64,000 nt of DNA from IMG/VR virus record IMGVR_UViG_3300010356_002264; one strand, given 5' to 3'. Numbering within the stretch: position 1 is the stretch's first letter; every line of letters begins with the position of its first letter. This document shows positions 1 to 10,144 of the stretch, in pieces. Position numbers and translations under genes: made by a program. The stretch is from a virus. Its lineage: Duplodnaviria; Caudoviricetes. The notes under the pieces are model-generated. The model searched no databases. It was not told where the DNA came from and saw only the letters and a list, made by a program, of their open reading frames with translations.

Positions 1-216
1 CTCGTTCAGGTCGATCCCCAGGGCGGCAGCCTCAAGTTGCCCTGGCCAGAAACCTGCCCAGCGGGAGAAGTTCGGGTCGTGGTTTGGGCAGGCGCACGAG
101 AGACGCTGACCTCCACAGGCGGAGCAGCGCTCGACGTCACACCCCGCGCGGTGCCGGCATCCTGGGAGGGTTTTGCAGTCAGGACACGGGCGTAGCTGGT
201 CGCTGGTGGAGGTCAT
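1..216 (-). CDS. Cys-rich hypothetical protein, runs off window start
   Basis: Manual translation from ATG 216: MTSTSDQLRPCPDC..HRAGCDVERCSACGGQRLSCAC; start overlaps the upstream stop (ATGA). Confidence 0.65.
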   Translation of the reverse strand, partial: MTSTSDQLRPCPDCKTLPGCRHRAGCDVERCSACGGQRLSCACPNHDPNFSRWAGFWPGQLEAAALGIDLNE

Positions 217-686
217 CGCTTTCCGTCCTTCTGACCCAGGGAGGCGCGCCGAGCGCGCTCCATCAGGTCCAGCACCTTGGAACGCGGAAGGTCGAGCACC
301 ACGGACAGCTCGTCGGCCACCATGGATCGGAGTCGGTCACGCAGCGTACGCTCCACGTAGGAGGGAGTCTTCCGCCCCAGCAGGTCACGCAGGTGGCTCG
401 CGAGCTCCGACAGGACGCTCTCCTTGACCACCTCCTCGTAGACGCGGCGACGGCGCGTCCAGTAGTTGTGGGCCAGGGGCTCTGGGGCCTCAGCCAGGAG
501 GTCCAGGACCTCCTGAGCCTCGACCGGAGTGACCGTCTCACGCGTCATCAAGTCCACACGCTCGGGAGGGATCTCGATGCGTGGTGGGGTTCCCAAGGAC
601 GTGAGAGGCTCCAGGACGAGGAGGTCATCATCCGATGACAGGACCCTACACACGCCCACTCCTCGGTACACACGGTGGTTTGCCAT
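213..686 (-). CDS. carD: CarD/CdnL-family RNA polymerase-binding factor
   Basis: VYRGVG N-terminus, NYWTRRRRVYEE, ELASHLRDL, SYVER, ELSVVL follow the CarD/CdnL pattern; ATG 686 is 36 nt after a TCAGCTCC motif. Confidence 0.8.
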   Translation of the reverse strand: MANHRVYRGVGVCRVLSSDDDLLVLEPLTSLGTPPRIEIPPERVDLMTRETVTPVEAQEVLDLLAEAPEPLAHNYWTRRRRVYEEVVKESVLSELASHLRDLLGRKTPSYVERTLRDRLRSMVADELSVVLDLPRSKVLDLMERARRASLGQKDGKR

Positions 687-761
687 ACTGTTTTCTAGCT
701 GCGAGACACATGGCGGAGCTGAGGTGTCGCGCGAATCCGACTGGAGGTTCATCGACCTGCC

Positions 762-1511
762 TTACCCCTTGGGGTTGGCGGGCAACTTCCCTCGAAGTGG
801 GCGGGCTCCGCCGCCCGCGTACTGGATGCGGCCACCCGTCGTGTCACCATCGACCCGCAGGGAGATCGCGGTGTCGACGGACTGCGTGGTCTCGTTGGGT
901 GTGGCCACCACGCTGGCGAGCGCCACCAGCCGCTCGCCCAGCGCGAGTCCCTGGTAGCGCTGCTGCGAAGCCTGTAGCCGGCGGAACCCGTCAGCCACCC
1001 CGCGTATCTCGTCCTCCACGACGGAGGCCGCCGCGGTGGCCCCGCCGCGCGCCCCGATGAGGGACGAGATGATCGTCCCGTACCACGGGTACGCGGGGGC
1101 GCTCCCCCGGTTGGTCACGCTCCACTTGGCGACCTGCTGGAAGACCAGGTCAGGACCCGTGACCCACGCGACGGCACGGTCTTGCAGGCGCGCGTCGTTC
1201 TCCACGAGGCTCCCCGCGCAGCGGGGGCACACGGAGGGGTAGCTCACGTAGCGCACCTCGACCGTCTCGTTTCGGGGAGCCCAGCCGCGCCACGACACCT
1301 CCGTGCTCCCCACCTCAGCAGCCCAGCCAGGCCAACCCGTGCCGGACCCCCCCGCACGACCCTCTTGAGAGACCACCACGCCCCCCACGCGCACCTCAAC
1401 GGGACCCGCGACCTCTCCCCGGAGAGTGACAGTCCCGGTCCCGGAGCGGACGCGCGTCCGCTCCCTCACCAGGTGGGGACAGCTCCAGGCGATGCGAGCG
1501 TCTCGGCTCAT
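762..1511 (-). CDS. putative virion/baseplate (gp25-like) protein
   Basis: CPRC motif then VTGPDLVFQQVAKW..TNRGS..YPWYGT..SLIG resembles gp25-like proteins; similarity by eye only. Confidence 0.45.
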   Translation of the reverse strand: MSRDARIAWSCPHLVRERTRVRSGTGTVTLRGEVAGPVEVRVGGVVVSQEGRAGGSGTGWPGWAAEVGSTEVSWRGWAPRNETVEVRYVSYPSVCPRCAGSLVENDARLQDRAVAWVTGPDLVFQQVAKWSVTNRGSAPAYPWYGTIISSLIGARGGATAAASVVEDEIRGVADGFRRLQASQQRYQGLALGERLVALASVVATPNETTQSVDTAISLRVDGDTTGGRIQYAGGGARPLRGKLPANPKG

Positions 1512-1527
1512 GTGGCAAGGATACCGC

Positions 1528-1746
1528 ATGCCCACACCCATCAAGATCCTTCTCTTTGTCCTGGCCGGCGGCCTGATCGGCTACTCGTGCTCGCCCTCCC
1601 CGTCAGCGTTCGACGTGTCAACGCGCGTCTCTGGCTGGGCGGGCGTGTTCCTCGTCATCGCGGTGGTGTGCGTCGCGTTCATGGACGCTCCCACCGCAGA
1701 AGACGAGACCAAGGTCGATGAGACGAGCTCCGGAGAGACTCCATGA
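1528..1746 (+). CDS. small membrane protein
   Basis: Two hydrophobic segments; stop overlaps next ATG. Confidence 0.55.
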   Translation: MPTPIKILLFVLAGGLIGYSCSPSPSAFDVSTRVSGWAGVFLVIAVVCVAFMDAPTAEDETKVDETSSGETP

Positions 1747-1907
1747 ACGCGCGCCTCTACACCCTCATCGTCCTGTACGGGTTCATGGGGTTCTCCTGCT
1801 CGCCAGCCACCTCGCCGCTGCTGCTCGCCCAGCACGCGATGGGCACCGCCGCTTGGCTCGGAGTCCTGACGATCCTCGTCCACTTCTGGTACACGGAGTA
1901 CCGATGA
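1743..1907 (+). CDS. small membrane protein
   Basis: Manual translation MNARLYTLIVLYGFMGF..; GGAG upstream; ATGA coupling at both ends. Confidence 0.5.
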   Translation: MNARLYTLIVLYGFMGFSCSPATSPLLLAQHAMGTAAWLGVLTILVHFWYTEYR

Positions 1908-2305
1908 CAACCCCCAAGACGCCCAGCAAGTTCGTCGTCGAGATCCCGACCCTTGGGGTCAACGCGACCGCGTACAGGATGCAGCGGGATGGCATCACCC
2001 GCGTCGAGTTCCCCCTGTACGCCTACGACCGGAAGACGGTCGAGCCGAGGACGATCGCCCTGCCTGGCCTCGACTGGACGAGCGACCACCTGCGCACCCT
2101 CATCCTCCAGATGGTGAGCGACTACCTGCGCGGGGTCGAGGACGGGAGGCGTGAGGTCCGCGACCAGGTGCTGCGCGGGATCGGCCTCCACGGGCTGCGC
2201 GACGCGGTCGACGACCTGACCGACCGCGTCGACAAGATGGCGGACCGTCTCGACGAGACGCCGACCCGCAGGAGGGGGACCAAGGCCCCCGCCCGCAAGG
2301 ACTAG
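1904..2305 (+). CDS. hypothetical protein
   Basis: GGAG before ATG 1904; high GC3. Confidence 0.6.
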   Translation: MTTPKTPSKFVVEIPTLGVNATAYRMQRDGITRVEFPLYAYDRKTVEPRTIALPGLDWTSDHLRTLILQMVSDYLRGVEDGRREVRDQVLRGIGLHGLRDAVDDLTDRVDKMADRLDETPTRRRGTKAPARKD

Positions 2306-2306
2306 C

Positions 2307-2918
2307 GTGAAGGATTATCCCAGCATCGACGCCACGGTGCGCGGCGGCACCCACTACGTGTTCGGCAAGTACGACGGGTCGAGCCTGCGCTCCGAGTGGA
2401 GCCCGAAGAGGGGCTTCTGGAAGCACGGCAAGCGCAACGGGCTGCTCGACGACTCCAACCCCCACCTCCTCAGGGGACCGGACCTCTTTCGGGAGAAGTA
2501 CGAGGAGGACCTGTCGAGGATCTTCCGCGACGCGCGGTGGCGAAAGGTGGTCGTGTTCTACGAGTTCTGGGGGCCGCAGAGCTTCGCGGGACTGCACGAG
2601 GAGGGCGACGCCCACACGGTGACGCTGTTCGACGTCGCGGCCGACAACCGCGGCATCCTGCCCCCCAACGAGTTCGTGCGCCTGCTGCGGGGCGTCGACC
2701 ACGCGGTGCTGCTGCACCACGGGAGCGTGGGGGACGTCATCGAGCCGGTCCGCGCCGGGACGCTGCCTGGCATGCCGTTCGAGGGGGTCGTGTGCAAGAG
2801 CGCGGAGCTCGCGAGCCCCGGCCTGCCCCGCATGTTCAAGGTGAAGAACCAGGCGTGGTACGCGCGCCTGCGCGAGCGATGCCGAGGTGACGACAAGCTG
2901 TACGAGAGGCTCGCGTGA
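2307..2918 (+). CDS. ATP-dependent RNA ligase (Rnl2-like nucleotidyltransferase domain)
   Basis: Motifs in order: I KYDGS, III EFWG, IIIa LFDV, IV EGVV, V FKVK; no OB domain. Confidence 0.75.
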   Translation: MKDYPSIDATVRGGTHYVFGKYDGSSLRSEWSPKRGFWKHGKRNGLLDDSNPHLLRGPDLFREKYEEDLSRIFRDARWRKVVVFYEFWGPQSFAGLHEEGDAHTVTLFDVAADNRGILPPNEFVRLLRGVDHAVLLHHGSVGDVIEPVRAGTLPGMPFEGVVCKSAELASPGLPRMFKVKNQAWYARLRERCRGDDKLYERLA

Positions 2919-2943
2919 CGGGTACTCCGGGGAGGAGGCCCCC

Positions 2944-3105
2944 ATGAACGCCCTGCTGCTTGGACTCGCCCTCACGATCGCCGACCCCTCACCCTCGACC
3001 CCCGGGAAGCCCGCCGCCGAGAAGTCCGCCAAGCCCCCCAAGAAGGACAAGAAGAAGGGGAAAGGGAAGGAATCCGACGCCGACAACAAACCCCCCATGG
3101 TCTAG
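2944..3105 (+). CDS. small Lys-rich protein with signal-like N-terminus
   Basis: GGAGG before ATG; MNALLLGLALT.. Confidence 0.5.
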   Translation: MNALLLGLALTIADPSPSTPGKPAAEKSAKPPKKDKKKGKGKESDADNKPPMV

Positions 3106-3153
3106 CTGACAGGGGGAAAGTCTCTTGGTAGGCTACGGGGATTCCGAGGTCCC

Positions 3154-3465
3154 ATGAAGACGCCCAAGCCCCCCGCGATCGTCGCGCGAATGGTCCGCGC
3201 CCTGCGAACCATGCCCCTGGAGAAGACCCGAGCCCGCGACCTGCTCGTCCTTAGCCGGCAGGCCCAGCTGCTCGCGAAGAACCAGCCCGAGGAGGCCAGG
3301 CGTCGCCTCCTCACCTTCAGCCACTACCTGTCCGTCCTGGTGCGGGCCTCCCGCACCGCGCGGATCGGCGTCGTGGTCGACATCCTGCGGCTCCTCGATG
3401 AGATGCGACTCAAGCAGCCCCTCACCCCGCCCCCCGAGGCGCGGGACGGAGCGACCAGCGGGTGA
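3154..3465 (+). CDS. hypothetical protein
   Basis: GAGG before ATG; high GC3. Confidence 0.55.
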   Translation: MKTPKPPAIVARMVRALRTMPLEKTRARDLLVLSRQAQLLAKNQPEEARRRLLTFSHYLSVLVRASRTARIGVVVDILRLLDEMRLKQPLTPPPEARDGATSG

Positions 3466-3749
3466 CCGCTGGTACATCTCGCGGCGCGCCCTCCTCAGGG
3501 TGAGCCAGCGCGGACCTGACGGGCGCTACCGGGTCGAGAACCTCGAGCGGCTCGCCCGTCGCCTGGGGGTCGGGCTTCCCCGCATGCCTCGCGAGTGGAA
3601 GGGCTACCGCCTCTCCCTCGTGGGCCGGCTGGAGCGGGTGGTGAGCGCGCCGCGCGACCACTACCCCGGCGAGCGCGACCGCTGGTGAATCCCCCCGATC
3701 GGCCCGTTGAGATCAAGAGTAAAATGCGTGGACCCAAAGGAGCCCGCGC

Positions 3750-4589
3750 ATGTCCGAGCCCACCGATCTTCCCCCGGATCCCATCGTCCTGCACCACTAC
3801 GGCGAGGACGCCCCGTCCGGGGGAGAACCATCGCCTGAGGCGTACGCGAGCGCCCAGGAGGACGCCCTGGAGCTGGAGGCGCTGGGCGCAGTCAACGCGA
3901 TGATCGCGCGGGAGGCGCGGGAGATCGTTCGGAACCCGGACCCCCTGGTGCGCGCCGCCGCCGCCTACCAGCTCGCGCCGCACGAGGTCCCGTTCCTCCT
4001 GGGAGACCCGGACGCCTGCGTGCGGCTCGCCGCCGCGCGCATCTGCGCGGCCTTCCCCCTGCTGCGGGTGCTGCTCTGGGACCTCGGGCTGCGCCGGCGC
4101 GACCCCTCCAGGGACGTGCGGCAGGCGGTGACGGACCTGCTCGCGACGGACGCCTCGACAGTGCGGACACAGATCCCCACCTGGGCGACCGAGGCGATGT
4201 TCGCCTCGGAGCTCTTCGCGCCCAAGCAGGACTTCGAGAGCGACCGCCTCCCCGTGTCGAGGGTCATCCCGAGCATCATGCCGAGCGGCTGCGCTCGCGA
4301 CCGGGCCGCGAGCGCCGTCTGGGCGCGTCGCGAGATCCTCGACTACCCGGCCGCGGACTTCGAGCCCAGCCCGCGGGACGAGCCCGACACCCTGCGCAAG
4401 ACGGTCGCCCGCGTGCACGACGCGAACCATCAGTCGTGGTCGCCCGCGGACGCGCTTCCCCTCGTGGGGGGCTACCACGACGTCGAGCGCATAAACCATC
4501 CGACCCCGCATGGCCCGCCGACGGAGGGCTGGGACCTTGCGGCCCGGCTGGACGCCCCGACGGACCCCACCTCCAAGGAGACCCCTTGA
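3750..4589 (+). CDS. HEAT-repeat-like protein
   Basis: Repeated DP..VR.AAA units; AAGGAG RBS. Confidence 0.6.
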   Translation: MSEPTDLPPDPIVLHHYGEDAPSGGEPSPEAYASAQEDALELEALGAVNAMIAREAREIVRNPDPLVRAAAAYQLAPHEVPFLLGDPDACVRLAAARICAAFPLLRVLLWDLGLRRRDPSRDVRQAVTDLLATDASTVRTQIPTWATEAMFASELFAPKQDFESDRLPVSRVIPSIMPSGCARDRAASAVWARREILDYPAADFEPSPRDEPDTLRKTVARVHDANHQSWSPADALPLVGGYHDVERINHPTPHGPPTEGWDLAARLDAPTDPTSKETP

Positions 4590-7500
4590 GCGACACCGAA
4601 TCCCTTTCTCTCCCGGCCGACGAGGTCGGGTTCAAGTTCGATGAGACCTGCGACGTCGCGGTCCCCCAGGACGTGCTCGTTCGGCCCGGAACGATCCTGG
4701 CGATCTGCCGGGTCCTTCCGCCCCCGGACGGGCACATCGTCTGCAAGCCGACGCGCCTGCTCGACGGCATGGACGAGGACTACGAGTGCTGCGTGGTCCT
4801 AACCGACGAGGCGCACGCCGTGTTGTTCGGAGACGCTGTTCGGGGCGACGGGTATCGCGCCGTCAAGGTGGCCCCCGTCAAGCCGGTCGAGACCGTGGTG
4901 GTTCGCCACGAGGCGGGCGCTCCCCCCATCCAGGAGGGCACGCTGCTGGCCCGCTCGGCGAGGTCGAGCGGACTGCATCGCCTCGTCGTGGACCCCAACC
5001 TGGGCGCGGACGAGGTGCTATACGTCGCGGCGGAGTCGCCCACGACGCTGGTCGCCGCGGGGTCCGTGCGGGTGCGTGCGCACCGCGTCGCGCGCGCCCT
5101 CAACGGCCTGGTCGTCGGGTCGATCCTCCCCGGGCTCCGGGCCCTGTGGCCCAGCGACCCCCCGAAGGCGGGCAAGCTCGCCGAGAGGGACTTCGCGCGC
5201 ATGCGGGGTGCCGCGACGCTGCTCAAGTCCGCGACGCGTCAGCCGGCCGCGCCCGACGCCCTCCCCCCGCTTGACGAGCTTGGGGGCCAGGAGGTCGTCG
5301 AGGTCCTCATGCTGAACGGGGAGGCCGAGAGGTCCGTCAAGGGAACGGTGATCGTGCCCCGCGACGTCCGCTTCTACGAGGGGCGCAGGTGGCACGTCTA
5401 CGAGCGGCAGGACCAGTGGAACGAGGACCGGGGATACCCGCTCGTCGTGGCCGGGGAGGAGACGCGCGAGGCCCCCGAGGGCTACATGCGCGTCGTGCAA
5501 GCGGTGGGCACCCTGCCCCCCGAGCCTCCGGGCGAGGTGCGGGAGGAACCTGACGAGGAGGAGCACGACGTGCGGGAAGCGCCGGGAGACGAAGACGTAT
5601 GGCTGCTCGAGCAGACGGCCTCCCCGGAGGCTCCGCCCAGGCTCGTCCAGACGGAGGCGGCGGACGTGCTGGTGGCCGCGATGCGCGGCACGGGGCCTCG
5701 GCGGACCCGCGCGATGAAGGCCGCGCGCCGGCTGCTGGCGAACGAGAACCTCAGCGTCCACGTGCTCGCGCGGATCACCGCGGGGCTCGCCCAGCAGGGC
5801 GACAAGCCCGAGGTGGCGAGCTCGCTCGCGCGGAGCGAGTCCCCCGTGCGGCGGGCCGCGGCGGCGTTCCTCCTGCCCGTCGAGCACCTTCCCTTCCTGA
5901 CGACCGACCCGAACGAGGCGGTGCGCCAGGCGGCCCACCTGGCCACCAGGCAGGACCGGACCTGGGTGCACCCCGTGGTCAAGGGGAACTTCGTGGCGGC
6001 GGTCAAGGCGATCATCCTGCGGGCCGCGAAGGTCGACGACGACTCGGCGCTCGACGTGCTCGCCTCGCTGTGGAGCGACAAGCCCGAGCCCCCCGAGCGG
6101 ATCGAGGAGGCGATGCGCGCCCTGGAGCTGTCGGACCAGGACGGGCTCAGCCTGTCGGGGATCGGCGAGGAGGAGGCCGAGGAGGACTCGGACGACGTCG
6201 CGACCCTCGCGCGGCTGTGGTCGGCCGACGTCCCGGAGGGGTCGCCCCTGCCCAACGTCGACGACAACCCCACGGAGCTCGACCCGCTCGCCGACCTGAG
6301 GGAGGTCGCGAACATCCCGCGCGCGGCCCAGGAGGTGCCTCGACGCAACGCGATCCCGCTTCGCGACTTCACCTCGAAGGGACCCCGGACGCCCAAGGCG
6401 ACCCCCTTCGGGGACTACGGCACCCCCGAGGCCGAGAACACGCACGCGATCATCAAGCGCGCCACCCTGCGGGCCATCCAGCAGCTCGAGTGCGCCGTGT
6501 GCGGGTCGAGGATGACCCGCACCCTCGACCCGCGTCAGGTGGGGGCGTGCCCGATCGGGCACGAGTGGGTGAACTACCGCTGCACCAAGGACCCGAGCCA
6601 CCTGGTGGTCGACCGACCCGAGCCGATGACCTACAAGGCGGACCCGGACGAGGAGCAGGCGGCCCGCCCCAACACGCCCCGCTACGTGAGCATCTTCGAC
6701 CAGCTCGGATGGCCTCACGAGGAGACGGTCGCGGTGGTAGATGCCAAACCGTCCCACCTGCGCAACACGCTCCTTCTCCGCGTCGACTGGCGGCAAGAAG
6801 GCGGGGTCGTGATACCCGTCTGCCGGGAAGCCGTCGCCGAGGAACTTCCTCCCAAGAACATCGAGGACCTCTGGGTGGGAACGGGGACCTACGCGAAGAG
6901 CGTGAACGTCCCGCACTACGTGCGTGCCGTCAACATCGCGGCACGTCCCCACGGGGAGCCGTCCATACTCGACGCGATCGACCGAACGGCGATCCGCGAC
7001 GACCTCGGATGGGCAGAGCAGCTCACCGCGATGGGGATTCGTGTTCCGGTGAGCTACTCCAGGCTCGACGACCCGCGTCGCTGGCCCCTGGAGGACATCG
7101 AGCAGCGTGGGCGCATCATGCAGAAGGTGTCCGAGGTGATGCGAGAGGTCGTGCTGGGCGAGCCCGTGGGGCAAGCGCTCGGCTACCTTGCCGACCTGCA
7201 CGGCTCGTGGTTCGGTCTGACACAAGACGTCGTAGTGATTCCCGAGGACGCGCGGGTGGAATCGAACCTCCTGCTGCGATGTCGCGGGTGGCGACAGGCG
7301 GGCCTGGGAGACTCGCTCATGGGGGTGCCTGCGTGCGCCGTGGCCTACGCCGCGGACTTCGAGGGATCTCCGTCGGAGGCAGTACAGCCCCGCGCCTTAC
7401 GCGTTGCGACAGGAGACACGCTGATCGCGCAGGTTGGCAACACGACCCTGCGACTCGCCCGTGTCCACGTGGGGGGAGACCTTGGGCCGGACGCGATCGA

Positions 7501-8581
7501 GAAGAAGATCGCCGAACTGGTGAATCCCCGAGGGCGCGTCAAGGCGCTGCGGAAGCTGGGGCTTGTGGTGCGCGAGGACGAAGCGGAGACCCCCATAACC
7601 CAGGGCCCCATCACCCCGCAGGAGCACCGCGCGATGGACGAGGTGTTCGGGGCGGAGACCCTGACGACCTCTGTGCCTCCCGACCCGAGCCAGGTGACCA
7701 TGCAGGACACCCACGCCGATCTCGAGCGAGCGCGACGCCAGGAGCGCGCCCGCTCCGTCGGGTTCGGTCCGGAGTCCGAGGTGGGTTGGGCCGCCTACGA
7801 GGACCAGGGGATGTCGGTTCCGAACCCCGAGGTCCGCACGGTCCAGCCGGCGCGCCAGGTCGGAGGACCCGGGGACGAGATCGCCCCGCTCCCCGTCCTG
7901 TCCCTCGACGAGATTCCTGACGGCGACGACGGCCCGCTCGGGCCGGACCCGGAGGCTCCCGAGGTCGAGCGCATCCGCAAGACCTTGTGGGGGGACGACA
8001 AGGAGATCGTCTCGACGGTCGCCGATCACGAGGCCGAGAGGGCCGAGAGGCTCGTGAAGCGCATCGACGGCATGAGCCCCGAAGAGGTGGCGCGCAGGGT
8101 CGCGGGGGAAGACCCGCCCACCCACCACGCGCGGGTGCCAGAGCACGCGGACGACTTTGACGGGGGCCCGGGGCCTTGGGCTGTCAACATGCCCGAGCAG
8201 GATGCCCGCGCCGTCAGGGACCTGGCCGAGAGGGCCACGCGGGCCGCGCGCGCGGAGCTCGGTGCGGACGCCGACGACGAGGCGGTCTTCCTGCTCGCCC
8301 GCGGCCTGATGGACGACCCCGAGGCGCTCAAGGCGGCCGAGGGACGACTCCTGAAGCAGGCGGAGGACGCGGAGGACGCCCACACGTTCGCGCTCATCGA
8401 CAAGACGATCGAGGACGTGCGGCCGGGACCGGAGACGATGCAGCGCCAGGTCCTCGCGGAGAAGGTCGAGGCAGAGGAGCGCGAGGTGATCGCCAGCCTG
8501 GGGGACGAGGAGCCGAGCAAGGCGGGGCAGCAGATGCAGGACGCCGTCGCGCTCCTGGCGGGAACGGGGGCCTCGTCGTGA
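4586..8581 (+). CDS. large acidic protein (~1330 aa) with short HEAT-like repeat and Zn-ribbon
   Basis: TTG start after AAGGAG, overlapping previous stop; SESPVRRAAA/DPNEAVRQAA; CAVC..C..C. Confidence 0.75.
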   Translation: MSDTESLSLPADEVGFKFDETCDVAVPQDVLVRPGTILAICRVLPPPDGHIVCKPTRLLDGMDEDYECCVVLTDEAHAVLFGDAVRGDGYRAVKVAPVKPVETVVVRHEAGAPPIQEGTLLARSARSSGLHRLVVDPNLGADEVLYVAAESPTTLVAAGSVRVRAHRVARALNGLVVGSILPGLRALWPSDPPKAGKLAERDFARMRGAATLLKSATRQPAAPDALPPLDELGGQEVVEVLMLNGEAERSVKGTVIVPRDVRFYEGRRWHVYERQDQWNEDRGYPLVVAGEETREAPEGYMRVVQAVGTLPPEPPGEVREEPDEEEHDVREAPGDEDVWLLEQTASPEAPPRLVQTEAADVLVAAMRGTGPRRTRAMKAARRLLANENLSVHVLARITAGLAQQGDKPEVASSLARSESPVRRAAAAFLLPVEHLPFLTTDPNEAVRQAAHLATRQDRTWVHPVVKGNFVAAVKAIILRAAKVDDDSALDVLASLWSDKPEPPERIEEAMRALELSDQDGLSLSGIGEEEAEEDSDDVATLARLWSADVPEGSPLPNVDDNPTELDPLADLREVANIPRAAQEVPRRNAIPLRDFTSKGPRTPKATPFGDYGTPEAENTHAIIKRATLRAIQQLECAVCGSRMTRTLDPRQVGACPIGHEWVNYRCTKDPSHLVVDRPEPMTYKADPDEEQAARPNTPRYVSIFDQLGWPHEETVAVVDAKPSHLRNTLLLRVDWRQEGGVVIPVCREAVAEELPPKNIEDLWVGTGTYAKSVNVPHYVRAVNIAARPHGEPSILDAIDRTAIRDDLGWAEQLTAMGIRVPVSYSRLDDPRRWPLEDIEQRGRIMQKVSEVMREVVLGEPVGQALGYLADLHGSWFGLTQDVVVIPEDARVESNLLLRCRGWRQAGLGDSLMGVPACAVAYAADFEGSPSEAVQPRALRVATGDTLIAQVGNTTLRLARVHVGGDLGPDAIEKKIAELVNPRGRVKALRKLGLVVREDEAETPITQGPITPQEHRAMDEVFGAETLTTSVPPDPSQVTMQDTHADLERARRQERARSVGFGPESEVGWAAYEDQGMSVPNPEVRTVQPARQVGGPGDEIAPLPVLSLDEIPDGDDGPLGPDPEAPEVERIRKTLWGDDKEIVSTVADHEAERAERLVKRIDGMSPEEVARRVAGEDPPTHHARVPEHADDFDGGPGPWAVNMPEQDARAVRDLAERATRAARAELGADADDEAVFLLARGLMDDPEALKAAEGRLLKQAEDAEDAHTFALIDKTIEDVRPGPETMQRQVLAEKVEAEEREVIASLGDEEPSKAGQQMQDAVALLAGTGASS

Positions 8582-9189
8582 CGCCCGCCCAGGTGGCCGC
8601 CGCGTGCGGCCTGAAGGACCCCGACGCCCACGTGCGGGCAGCCGAGACGGTCGCCCCGTCCACGGACGGCCGCAAGCGCGGCTACACGACCCGGATGCTC
8701 TGCCAGGCGGTCTCCCACGCCTCCGAGGGCAAGGAGGTGGTGGTGGTCGCCCTGCCCTCCTACGTGCGGGACGAGACGATGTTCCGGCTCGCGACCGGCA
8801 TGGCCGCGCGGGCGGGGCTCCGGCTCCAGCGCATCGAGGGGCAGCGGGCGCAGTTCGACCGCGGGTCGATCCGCGTGGCGTCGAGCCAGGACCCCGCGGG
8901 CGTGCCGGCAGGAGAGCGGCCCGGCCTCGTGGTGCTGCGCGACCACCTCGTCGAGGCGACGGCCCCGCTGTACCTCCCCGCCAAGGAGTGGACCTGCCAC
9001 CACGTGGTCCCCCGCGACGGGAAGCGCTGCGCGTCGTGCGGTGAGGACCTGCGAGGCCAGGACCTGCGCGACGCCCGGCGCCGGCGCGGGGAGCAGGAGG
9101 CCGCCCAGCGCGAGGTCCCGAGCAGGGTGATCCTCGACCCCCGGGGGACAGCTCCCGCGTCAGCCACGTACGTTCCCCAGAAGCCATGA
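8578..9189 (+). CDS. hypothetical protein, degenerate P-loop-like segment
   Basis: GTGA coupling; GRKRGYTT; C-terminal CxH/CxxC. Confidence 0.55.
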   Translation: MTPAQVAAACGLKDPDAHVRAAETVAPSTDGRKRGYTTRMLCQAVSHASEGKEVVVVALPSYVRDETMFRLATGMAARAGLRLQRIEGQRAQFDRGSIRVASSQDPAGVPAGERPGLVVLRDHLVEATAPLYLPAKEWTCHHVVPRDGKRCASCGEDLRGQDLRDARRRRGEQEAAQREVPSRVILDPRGTAPASATYVPQKP

Positions 9190-9665
9190 TCCCACCCAAG
9201 CCTTGGCCACGCGACGCGCGCCCCTACGCGGACCTGCGCAGGCGCTTCAGCAGCGCGCTCACCTCCGTCCTACCGGCGGTCGCCCACTACCCCCTCACGG
9301 TGCTGCTGGAGGAGTTCGACGAGTACGTCGAGGGGGGACCCGCTCGCGACCCCCGCGAGGTCGACGCGCTCCAGGGGATCCTGTCGGCGCTCCTGGCGTA
9401 CCGGAACGCGTACCGGGAGCGCGCCCAGGACCCCAGCCCGGTCCAGGAGTCCGCGGGCCGACCGAGGTGGGCGCTGTTCTGCATGGGCTGGCACGCGATG
9501 CCCGGCGAGCGGGGGCTCCTCCCCCACGCGCCCCCGGACGGGGTGCCCGAGCGCCGCTGGGGCCTGTGGGCGCGCCTGTGGGTGCAGGCGGGAAGCCCGA
9601 CCGGTGCGGCCTACGACGAGTGGATGGCGGACGTCACCCGGTCGGGAGCGCTCGAACCAAGGTGA
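9186..9665 (+). CDS. hypothetical protein
   Basis: Start/stop coupling on both sides. Confidence 0.55.
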   Translation: MIPPKPWPRDARPYADLRRRFSSALTSVLPAVAHYPLTVLLEEFDEYVEGGPARDPREVDALQGILSALLAYRNAYRERAQDPSPVQESAGRPRWALFCMGWHAMPGERGLLPHAPPDGVPERRWGLWARLWVQAGSPTGAAYDEWMADVTRSGALEPR

Positions 9666-10144
9666 GGAGCCCCGTCGTCAAGCGCGCGACCCACGTGCTG
9701 CGGGTCCCCCAGGTGCGCGCGCTGCGCGAGGCCGAGCAGGAGCACTGCTACGTGCTCGGCCTCGACGCCGGCCACCACGTGACCGTCGTCCACCTGGTCT
9801 CGGTGGGGACCGTGGACATCGCCTACCCCCACGCGCGGGACGTCTTCCGGGAGCTCATCCGGCACAACTGCGTGAAGTTCGTGTTCGTCCACAACCACCC
9901 GGGAGGCCACACGGGTCCGTCCGACGGGGACCGCGACGTGACCGCGTGGCTGCGGCACGCCGGGGAGTGGCTCGGGATCCCGCTCGTCGCCCACGTGCTC
10001 GTGCCGGGCCGGCGAGGGTGCCCGGTCGACGTGGGACCCCCCCTGGAGGCCCCGGACCGATCCCGAACCGAACCCGCCGGTATGCGAGGCTGCCAGCGGG
10101 GCGGAAGATCCGCTCATGAGCTACCGCACGAGCCACTGCCGTAA
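9662..10144 (+). CDS. RadC-like JAB/MPN domain protein
   Basis: EQEH..VLGLD, GTVD, HNHPGG...PSDGD. Confidence 0.85.
   Translation: MRSPVVKRATHVLRVPQVRALREAEQEHCYVLGLDAGHHVTVVHLVSVGTVDIAYPHARDVFRELIRHNCVKFVFVHNHPGGHTGPSDGDRDVTAWLRHAGEWLGIPLVAHVLVPGRRGCPVDVGPPLEAPDRSRTEPAGMRGCQRGGRSAHELPHEPLP

Noticed and set aside
5018-9199. Long alternative ORFs (5018-7225, 5599-7920, 7397-9199; also 12226-14001, 51107-52558)
   Set aside because: Shadow frames typical of high-GC DNA, overlapping better-supported genes
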